This document shows, piece by piece, positions 53,977 to 64,000 of a stretch of DNA of 64,000 bases (within the stretch, counting starts at the first letter, position 1; each line of letters begins with the position of its first letter). A program made the position numbers and the translations under genes. Source of the stretch: Octopus sinensis. Its lineage: Eukaryota. Below the pieces are notes generated by a model. The model saw only the letters and a program-made list of their open reading frames with translations. It searched no databases and had not been told where the DNA came from. The DNA lies in NCBI RefSeq assembly GCF_006345805.1, contig NC_043016.1, positions 2,976,001 to 3,040,000 on the forward strand. The letters run 5' to 3'.

Positions 53977-54490
53977 GAGTGAGAGAGCAGTTCATGCCAT
54001 CAAAGTGACACTGGGTAAAATATACGAAGCCCAATAACCCATCATGACTACCCGTCTGATAAAGGTACACCAGGCACATGCATCACAACCATATGTGCGC
54101 GACATGGTAATCTCATATCAAAATAAACAGCACATGACCTTGCAGGTGGGGCCCAGTTAGAATTTTCTTCAGGTTGAGTAGCCCATCCTGCTCAAAAGGT
54201 CCCTGAATAAGGGTTGCTTTAGGATGTTGAACGAAACACCTATGTTTCCAGAGGTGAATTATTCAAACTCCAAAGAATCCCTCTCAACCATGGCCATGAT
54301 GCTCCCCCACTACTTCTGCTCGTGATCAGAGATGCACGTATTGTCAGCCACTAAGGGACATGCTCAACTGGTTAAGGTCAAACAACTGACAAGCAAATTT
54401 GTGGTATTGAGCAGAATATTTGCTGTAGCCCATCTTTTATACCAAGACAAAACAATGTACATGATAACACTTCCAATCAGTTAAGATCAG
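53977..54490 (-). mobile_element. About 500-bp AAT-embedded element, copy 3
   Basis: Reverse complement of 14220-14734; (ATT)n on both sides. Confidence 0.85.
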
Positions 54491-54503
54491 ATTATTATTA
54501 TTA

Positions 54504-54534
<31 letters not shown>

Positions 54535-54560
54535 CATCATTATTATTATTATTATTATTA

Positions 54561-54594
<34 letters not shown>

Positions 54595-54599
54595 CATCA

Positions 54600-54660
<61 letters not shown>

Positions 54661-55351
54661 GCACTGGGGTTCATGTACTTGACGAGCCCCTTACCCACTT
54701 CTCAGGAATTTCAGCAATGAAGGCGCCCGCTAATGAAACAGTTCTGCAGGTTCTCGTCCCTTATCGACGCTCACTTGTTGAAAAGTAAGTGAATGCGGTG
54801 CGGATGGCTTGTGTGAATAAGTCTAATTTGAGCATGCGCCATAGGCTGGAGTGTATGAAATGTAGAGTGTTGCCTTCCCAAAGTGCGCTTGGCGAGTTGT
54901 CCGAGGCGTTTGGGGGTTCTTATAAAAATCCTCGGTGTCCTTTTTGTATCCTCATTATTGTTTTCTGCGCGGACCTTGCAGCCAATAAAGATAGAATTAT
55001 TGTAGACTATGATATTGTGTCAACGTTCACCTTGTCATCATCATAATTACATTTAAAAAGTTACTCCTAATATGTGCATGTAAACGCATACAGAAACACA
55101 CACACACACAGATTTATACATAAGCGTGTAGATACACATATACAAACGAATTCACACATAAGCTTGCACACTTACACACACGCGCGCACACATACACACA
55201 CGCACACACACACGTGTGTATAAAAGAAAAAAAGAACGAGAAAGCAGGAGACAGAGCTGCGCAGGCGCACACGAACGAGAACACGGATTCACGCATATGT
55301 CGAAAATATCACATCGTTTTGTCACATTGACATCATAAACCATATATTGTC

Positions 55352-55365
55352 GTTGCCTTGGTAAC
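55352..55365. promoter_or_regulatory. RFX X-box-like motif GTTGCCTTGGTAAC
   Basis: Fits GTNRCC-N0-3-RGYAAC; lies in a locally CpG-containing unique block. Confidence 0.3.
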
Positions 55366-55674
55366 GATTTGACTTCCATCATTTCTGTTACTCGTTTTTT
55401 AATTTTTTTTTTCATTGTATCATTAAAATTTTTTACTTTTACGTTTCTGTCTCTCATAAAAACATACAAAATGTATATATAAAAAAAATAGGTCTGGAAT
55501 ATATTCGATTTCTTCAGTAGCACTTCCGTAAAGGTCGAACCGACATATTTGGAAGACAAAAGAAAAGAAACCAACGCATGAAACTTCATCGCAAACAAAA
55601 CAAAAATAAAAGCACACCACCCACCACATTACGTGTGTGTATGTGTTTGTGTATCTAGTATATATAACATATTC

Positions 55675-55716
<42 letters not shown>

Positions 55717-56419
55717 GAGTGTGTGCATAGTTATAAATATATGTGTGTGTGCATATTTATAAATATATATGTGTATATATATATACAGAGAGAGAGAGAG
55801 AGAGAGAGAAAGAAAGAAAGAGAGAGAGAAAGAAAGAGAGAAGGAATAAGAGACGTAGATATACATACGTACATACATACATTCTTGCACACATACATAT
55901 ACATACATATATACATACATATATTCACAATGTGTGTGTGTGTGTGACTTTGTGTGTGTGTATGTGTTCCACCATTCCATTCATGTCGGCCTGTCTCATC
56001 TTGCTAAGCAAATAAATTCTCTTACTGACACGTTGTACTTTGTGTTAAACATTATGATGCATGCGAAAATGGTCGTAAGCAGCAGAGGGAGGGAGGCAGG
56101 ATAATAAAACAGCAATATAACAAAAGAAGAAACAAAAACAAAAAAAAAAAAAGAGAGCCACCACTAGAATGACGTTGAATGACGTGCATTAGTGGGTGGA
56201 GGTGAGAGTTGAAGATAGAGACGTAGAAGTGACAACTAGATGATAAAAAGAAAAATGTGACCGCTTCTGACACTTTAGTATGTCATAAAATTGATTGTCC
56301 TCCTAAAAGACAGCAAGCACACGAATATCTCAGTTCTTGTTTAGGCAAATGTTTGTAAACACGTTCGCGCGCGCACAGGCGTTCCTGTTTACACATTCAT
56401 ATAAGTGCTTGCGTTTGTG

Positions 56420-56636
56420 TTTCTCTTTCTTTTTCTTGTATCAGTCATTAGAGTGCGGCCATGCTAGGCCGCTGCCTCGAAGAATTTTAGTCGAAAGAAT
56501 CGATTCCAATACAGTTTTTAAAGCCTTGTGATTATTCTATCGGCCTCTTAAAATGCAAAGTTACGGTGACGGAAACAAAACAATGAAGGGCTGTCAAGCT
56601 GTGAACGGGGACAAACACAGGCCTAAGGACACACAC

Positions 56637-56676
<40 letters not shown>

Positions 56677-56790
56677 CTATACGTGATGGGCTTCCACTTT
56701 CTGTTAACCAAATCTACTCACAAACCTTTGGTGGGCCCATAGATATAGGTGAAGACACCTGCCCAGCAGTAGGACTGAACCCGAAACTTT
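56420..56790 (-). mobile_element. Degenerate SINE family 2
   Basis: GCGGCCATGCTAG...CCAAATCTACTCACAAACCTTTGGT. Confidence 0.75.
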
Positions 56791-57408
56791 TTATCACAAC
56801 GCCACCCAAGCACCTATGTGAGTGTATGTACGTATGGATTTATCTATGGATACACACACACACTCACACACAAACACATATGACAGTAATATCAGCGTCA
56901 AACAGTGTTTAGGCATAGGCGAACATTAGGTCAGTTAAAACATATTTGTGACATATTTCAATTTCTAAAGATAAATTCGCAGCAGTTACCATAAAGAAAG
57001 TTTCTCTTATGGTTATCAATGTGAAATACTGAAGAGAGGCAAAAGATAACGGCTGATGAGCTAGAAATGCTGCGTCTGGGAATCCGACAGATGCAACACT
57101 GAGCAGATTCGGCAGATTTCTCCACGGTAATTGCACTGAATCTGCCTTTAGAAGTTGAAATACGTCACAAACATGGTTTAACTAACCTAAAGTTCGCTTA
57201 TAACTAAACACCGCTTTGCACTGATACTGTTGAATGTCTCCCGACCCGATGTAACTCGTAATGGCGTAACACTGGTGTTTTAATGACTTTCACCATAGGA
57301 GAGGCCTTTTCACTACAATAACTGTCGTGAGTCTGCCTTTAGAGGTTGAAGTATACCCCAAACATGTCTTAACTAACCTAAAGTTTGCATAGTGTGTGTA
57401 TATATAGT

Positions 57409-57440
<32 letters not shown>

Positions 57441-57444
57441 CCCA

Positions 57445-57493
<49 letters not shown>

Positions 57494-57700
57494 GTGCATA
57501 CATGTATATATATACACAAAAATATGCGCACATATGTGTGTATAGATACGTTTCTTCCCATACATATGCATGTATATACAAGCTGCGACCTCCATTACGT
57601 TTTACATTGTCATTGATGTTTCATTAATGACGTTAAACAAATGATTATCATCAGAGGTTGGTGCATACTATGCGTTTGCTTTTGAAAAAATTATTCAGAA

Positions 57701-58210
57701 CTAGTGGTCGCCCGGCCCTCATTCCGGTCTGCACTACACTCAAATGTATTTATAAGACATCTATCGTAATGCCCATGCGTCAGATCTAGCTAAAGGTTGC
57801 AACTCTTCACGAGAAGAAGCTTTATATTCCACCCTGTATGGTCATTGCTCTGGTGTTTCCTGTTCTATGGAGTAGGCATTTCTGGCGGCGTTACTTTTAA
57901 GCTTTTCTCTTAACACCTTTTATCTTAAGCAGGCTTCTCTATCGGCTTGAGGCCCCAACCTTGGTCGTTTCTGTTATGATATCTCGTGGTTCGTCAAGCG
58001 GGATTTCTATGGGCTTGAGACTTCAATCTCCTTCGTTTCCGCTGTTTCTTATTTCTTCAAGTGGACTTCCCTTGTTATTTCACACTGAAGTTTTACTTCT
58101 TGTTGCTCTAGTGTCTCCATGTCATTTCGCTGTCTCTCAGATTGCAGACAATCCTGTCTTTCTACTTGTGTGTTCTCTGGCTATTCCACTTCTTGAGCGT
58201 CGGACTTCAG
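57701..58210 (-). mobile_element. Non-autonomous Helitron-like remnant
   Basis: Ends CCGG-N8-CCGG GCGACCA CTAG followed by T; broken frames with ETLEQ/ETPEQ repeats resembling Helitron N-terminal repeats. Confidence 0.5.
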
Positions 58211-58252
58211 ATGATTGAAAGGAATTATTTTTTCTTTTATGCATCATATTAC

Positions 58253-58303
58253 ATGTCCTCAAATAAAATAAAAAATAACAAAATAAATCCTGTAACATTT
58301 ACA
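58253..58303 (-). CDS. Candidate 51-nt exon (VNVTGFILLFFILFED)
   Basis: Strong TCTTTTTGTTTGCAG acceptor, GTAATA donor. Confidence 0.3.
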
Positions 58304-58639
58304 CTGCAAACAAAAAGAGAATGCATTTGCGAAGAACAAAGATCAAGGCAAATAATGAATCGAAGTGTTAATTAGTACATAGAAAATTCTGTTGTAATTT
58401 AAAGTACCGAGAACAACCTGTCATTTTATCAATTTAAAGATAATTGGACAAATAAGAAGAATGGGCGGTTAAATACTGGCCAAAATGAGTTTTCAAATTC
58501 AAAATAAATAATTTTAAAACTAAATAAACGCTTAGATGAACATGGTTATTCGCATGTATTTGAGATACACTATACCTTTGTATAATATATTACAAAGTTG
58601 CATAGTAACCAATGATAATATTCAGTAATACGACCTGCT

Positions 58640-59400
58640 TTCTTTTAATCAGTTCCAAAAGCCTCTTATCAAGAGGTGAGACAGGATTTTCTAGTTGCTG
58701 CATTAGAACACTATCACAAGTATCACATATTGCTCTCCAAAGTTCATCTATGCTGGAATATTGGTTACAATTCTCATAAACTTTTCCGTTAATGATGGAT
58801 CAAAAATTATTTGTTGGGTTAAGGTTAGAACTATATAGGAGCCAAGTCATTATATTGGATTCCAAGATATCATGGCCATTCAGTCACTTCATAGAATACT
58901 TTGAGGCGTGTCCTTCATGAAAATATTCAATGATATTTTCTCTGCCGATTGACTCTGATACAAAGGAAGGAAATTATCACTCAGAAATTGACAATAGTTT
59001 ACAGAATTTATTTTAACTGCTTATGCAACTCTGAGAGAACCACCTATTGTGATTCCAAGCAATCCAGTCCCCTTGTTGCCTCCTCAAACGTCGAGAGAAC
59101 CCACTGTTGCTCTACACTCGACTGTCCACATGACATCGGGAGAATTCTGTTCTATATACTTTTCTGCCCATGCCAACCTTTTCACACGTTGGTCTTTCGA
59201 AAGAGGTGTTTAAATTTCCATCTTATTGACACTACCAGTCTTTTTTAGATAAGCTTTTCTGGTGCTTTTTGGCACATTGTTGATGCCAGCTACTACAGAA
59301 ATCTTACTACTCATTGCATAAGGATTTTTCATCATGGAATACTTCAGTTTTCGTTCATCTTGGGGTCTCAGCTGACATTAACTGGATTCCTTTGCAAACA
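58640..59400 (-). pseudogene. Degenerate Tc1-like transposase
   Basis: PLSKDQRVKRLAWAEKY, DVMWTVECRAT, VKINSVNYCQFLSDNFLP, MTWLLYSSNLNPTNNF (WPPYSPDLNPIEN-like), KVYENCNQYSSIDELWRAI. Confidence 0.8.
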
Positions 59401-59841
59401 ATTTTTAGCCACCAAATAATAGGAAACATTAGACTAGTTAATATATATTATCTGAAGTAGAAACAAATATCACATTAATACTGCAGAATATTCATGAAGA
59501 ATGACTTTCAATATGGAATATTCAAATAGGGCTCAATAGGAAATTATACTTTTCAATGAAACAAAAATAAATACTTCGCAATGTTTTCTGTTCACAGTAT
59601 AATACATTTCTTTGTTTCTAAATTCACTCATATGGCTATGTTTCATCCAACGACCAAGCTTCATAAACGTCGGTCCAATATAACAATAATGCCTATTACA
59701 GACATCATCAAACTTCATTCCACGAAACGAAAATACGATTGCTGCGAAACGGCACTTTCATATTTCGATATAGAAGTAGACTATACATATATACATACAC
59801 AAATACATATACATACATACATACATACATACATACATACA

Positions 59842-59872
<31 letters not shown>

Positions 59873-60576
59873 GTATATATATTCAAATAAAGAGGGAGAT
59901 GAATTGAATATTAATTTAATTAATATCAATTTAAAACCAGTAGCCTAGCATACAAAAATCTGAAAAATCAGAGAAAATTCCAATACATGTGTATATTTAG
60001 GGCTCAAAACCACTATGTGGACAGCCATATTGCTAGAAGTAGATCACATACGATCAAACTACAAAGAAAGATTGTTCTTCAGAGAAAATTCAGCGGACAC
60101 CAGAACATAGGCGGGCAAAACAGATGAATATTATATAAAAGTCAAGAATTAATCGTATACCGGTTTCTTCTATTACCGAATAAATTACTTACGTAATCCT
60201 TCGTCCGTAGATTCATCAGTACGATCGTTCCAAAAACAATATAATTTGTAAAACTAACCACCAGTTTTCTGTATAAAACCAGACACGTACTTAGTTCTAC
60301 CGATTATATTGGGGTTAATTTCAAATGTCTGAGTTCTTGCGCGCTAAATTCCGGAAACAAATTCTGCAGCAAATAATGTACAGCAGTTAATGCTGCCTAT
60401 TGGAGAACATAATTATCTTAACATTTAAATAACGAGGGAGATAAATTGAATATTAATTTAATTAATATCAAATTAAAACCAGTTGCCTAGCATATAAAAA
60501 TCTGAAAAATCAGAGAAAATTCTAATACATGTGAATCTTCGGACGAAGGATTACGTAAGTAATTTATTCGGTGATA

Positions 60577-60705
60577 GACGAACCAGACAAAAATTGCTGC
60601 AGCTCGGCTGGAATGTGTTACCTCACCATCCATATTCACCAAATATTGCTCCATCGGATTTCCACTTATTCAGGTCTCTGCGGAATAGTCTTAATGGTAA
60701 AAATT
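60577..60705 (+). pseudogene. Mariner transposase fragment
   Basis: TRQKLLQLGWNVLPHHPYSPNIAPSDFHLFRSLRNSLNGK. Confidence 0.9.
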
Positions 60706-60914
60706 TGAAGATATATATGTACATATAGATAAATATTTTTTAATAATTTTATTTATAACTTATAAATGTATATTTTATTCTTTTTATCAACTATAAATTT
60801 ACCTTATTTATATTTCTCTTTATCTCAATCATCTCTATTTTTTACTGAATTTATTATTCTACATCTTATTTATTTTACTTTATCGCTAGTCATATTCTAA
60901 TCAATCTGTAAAAC

Positions 60915-61021
60915 CTTCAGCCGATCATATAATAACACAAATCTTAAACGGCAATATTTAGTCTTCTGAAATGAACGGATAGGTTCACATATAACATCCT
61001 GTGGTACATTTTTTAAAAACT
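60915..61021 (-). CDS. Candidate 107-nt exon (FLKNVPQDVICEPIRSFQKTKYCRLRFVLLYDRLK)
   Basis: TTTCATCAG acceptor; phase compatible with 63438-63507; donor AAG|GTTTTA is weak. Confidence 0.3.
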
Positions 61022-61345
61022 CTGATGAAATGATAATCTTGTCACATAATTGCAAAATTAATGTACAAATTTGCAATTAAATTATTGAGTAATTGAAACG
61101 GCTGTTAGAAGCGAAGATGACCAATTTGTTTAATAATAAATAATTGTTAACTTCCTTAACTCTATTTCTTCTTTTAACTGGATATACATATATATATATA
61201 TATATATGTATGTATATATATATATACATATACACACACACACAGACATATATATATATACATATATATATATTTATATGTATGCACACACACACACATA
61301 CCTATATACATACATATATATACACACGCATACACACACACATAA

Positions 61346-62026
61346 TGTCAGGACGCTCTCGAGCGCTATTGGTAATACAATACAACCTGTTGCGTTGTCT
61401 GGTCGTCGGCGATTAAATTGTCTCAACCCCACCGAGCTTACTTGTCAAGGAGGTTGTTTGTTGGAACGTTGCGGTACAAAAGACAAAACCCGTCAAAGGG
61501 CAAATGAACTCATGAGTAGTCAACGGTCATCTAATAAAAATGCCTTGAGTGTCTAAAGATACAAGGCTACAGGAGCACACCTTGAACGAAAAAGTAACCA
61601 ATAGCCTTCTCGCATAACCAACGGGGTGGCGTCAACTTATGGCTAAAATGGCATTAAGAAATTAGACTCAGTACCCTGTGCGTGATTCGCGACGCTCCAT
61701 AACGGCGGGGCATATTCTGGGTGACGAGAATCTGCTGGGAGTCTCAGATTGCAAGAAGCCGCCAAGAAAACTGATCAACCTTACCATATGCACCTACAAC
61801 TGTAAGTCTTTGGCTGGGACACTTGTACCACCCGATTGTGGACTGTTTCGAGAAGTTCCTGCGCAAACGGAAGAGACCACTCGGAAGTCTACCAGTCAGG
61901 TGGGAAGAAGATTTAAGAAAGATGTTTGGAACAACGAGAAGGAGAATGGCGAGAGCACGAGGAGAATGGAACAAATACTGAGGCTAGAGGAACGAAATAC
62001 TGTGGCCGATCTAGGTGACCCAGGTC
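61346..62026 (+). mobile_element. Internally deleted RTE-clade LINE
   Basis: APE start LTICTYNCKSLA joined at about 61812 to the RT C-terminal WLGHL...KRPLGSLPVRWEEDLRKMFG...GEW; followed by (AT)n; 5' boundary uncertain. Confidence 0.75.
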
Positions 62027-63437
62027 ATATATATATACATAGGAGAAAGGAAATATATATAAGTATATATACGATATTTTTATGCATAGAAATATGTTTA
62101 TTTGTAATTATATATGTGTATGTACATACATGTGTATGTGTATGGAGGTTTCTATAAGTGAATAAGTACACCGCAGTAAACTGTTTTCAATCCTGTTTCG
62201 CAATGAGAATAGCACTTTTTGATCTAATACTGCCTCTATTGCAAGTAATGGGACAATATCCAGCCAACGTCTTTCAGCAGTTCCAACGAATCTATATTCA
62301 TTATATCCCTATATATACCGGAGTCGTTATATGTACTCTAAGCATGTGGTTGCCTGTGAGTACGCGCCACTGACAAACAGGAACGCTGGTGAAATGCATT
62401 TGGTGTTCTCGCAAACCGCTTCAGTGCAATTGTCGTTCCGATTCATACGCACATAGATGCATACATACATACATACATACATACATACATACATACATAC
62501 ATACATACATACATACATACATACAAACATACATACATACATACATACATACATACATACATACATACATACATACATACACACATGCATACATACATGT
62601 ATATGTATGTACATGTATATAGACATACATACATGTACCCACACACATATGTATACACTTAACGTATTTTCATTAGGTATGATAGAAAGAAAGCTATATT
62701 TATTCAATGGGCCCAACCCACCAATCACTTGAGAGGATTTGCTAGATGGAAATTGAAATTTCTCAATCCTTTAACCATAACAAACAAATTGATTTAGATT
62801 CCAATGCATCTAATCGGAGTAAGATCTGAAATACAATATAAATTCCGTCAGCGTATGTTTAGTTTAAAATAACCCTTCATTTTAAATGTTCCCTCAACTA
62901 TAGCTCGTAAAGCTTTAGATAAATACATCTTTAAGTACAGTCCGTATCATAAAATCTTCAATAGCTACACGTTTATACTGCCTTATTCTACCATGCTTGA
63001 TAACATTGACGAATATATTGAATATTTAACCGTAGTAAATTAAATTGTACAACTAATAACACTATAACTACTGTCGGCCTCTCTAATACTCATCCAAATA
63101 ACTGCAATACCAGATCTAATTCAAATTATCTGTATACTGATGCGTTTCATTTTTATCATAAAGTTGTTAATACCATTCGACCAGGACCCATTATACCAAC
63201 CAATAATCAAACTAAACTTGGTCTATGTAACAGTTCTAATAAAGCAAACCTCACTGGAATAATCATAAATCTACATTTAAACATAAAGTTTAGGCTAATA
63301 GTAAACCTCTAACTAAATTCTCTCACTGATAATAACACTAAATATAAGACTATTACGGCTATTGTATGTAATATATACCATATAAAGGAGGTGGCGGTTG
63401 TGTGTGGTCTGTGTACCTGAGGCGTTAATAACATTAC

Positions 63438-63507
63438 CTGAGACATAATAACATAAAAATCGAATATTATTGATGAAAGTGATGAATTCATTATCAGCTG
63501 CCTGCAC
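63438..63507 (-). CDS. Candidate 70-nt exon (VQAADNEFITFINNIRFLCYYVS, or the alternative frame CRQLIMNSS...)
   Basis: TTTGTTTCTCAG acceptor and CAG|GTAATG donor, both strong. Confidence 0.5.
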
Positions 63508-64000
63508 CTGAGAAACAAATCGTTGCTAAATGCTAACTATACCTAACCTTACTCTAAATTATTAGACCTACATTGATAAAGTTTAGGACTTTGATTCATG
63601 CAACTGAATAATTTCTTAAACATGGGTGACCATAATTTCATCTCGCCTTTTTAATAGATAATGTATCAGAACATATTCCGACCGTTTGCTGTTTATAAAA
63701 ATAATTAATATCTAGCACTCAATTATATCATATCCATATTCCATGCCCTAATTATTTTTATTTATTACTGAAGTTGTTACTCTTTGAAGACCACAATGAT
63801 AATTCATCTCCTCGAAACTAATCTATAACATAATATTTTTTTATATAATTATTATATTTGATTCATTTAAATTACATTTATAATCCCATTAGTAGATACA
63901 GTCTAATAGAAGTGTTCATTCTTTAGCATATATTTACATACATATGCACGTATATGAGCTTTGATAAATAATATATATATATATATTATATATATATATA

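Noticed and set aside
54700-55030. GC-richer block as an exon
   Set aside because: All frames are interrupted; probably an old LINE fragment, family not assignable
55152-55598. 148-aa ORF
   Set aside because: Low-complexity, runs into a TG microsatellite, no motif
57053-57067. CTGATGAGCTAGAAA as a hammerhead
   Set aside because: No helix II and no cleavage triplet; the region looks like a decayed LINE fragment

Overview
AT-rich eukaryotic DNA dominated by microsatellites and retroelements. It is very likely from an octopus or other coleoid cephalopod, inferred from the two tRNA-derived SINE families and the TA/TATG/TATC/AAT microsatellite load; this was not database-checked. There is no complete host gene, rRNA, tRNA or CRISPR, and most ORFs in the supplied track are microsatellite translations. 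Content: four Penelope-like element (PLE) insertions with RT C-terminus plus GIY-YIG endonuclease and inverted tail copies; R4/Dong, Tx1/L1 and RTE LINE fragments; Tc1, mariner and Helitron remnants; about 14 SINE copies; and a few candidate exons of an unidentified minus-strand gene. Best leads from reading by eye: (1) about 14 minimal type-I hammerhead ribozyme motifs in 4-5 families, including one family with a compensatory G3:C8 core swap; (2) a dense stem-loop cluster at 7.8-8.6 kb that is a transition-remodelled version of the neighbouring C/A-rich tandem repeat; (3) a clean pre-miRNA-like hairpin at 35977-36040; (4) a 3.9-kb PLE palindrome; (5) a twin-priming-type RTE inversion; (6) an ORF1-only Tx1-like element at a site hit twice inside a SINE. 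Many frameshifts fall in homopolymers, so some may be long-read assembly errors. All alignments and folds were done by eye.
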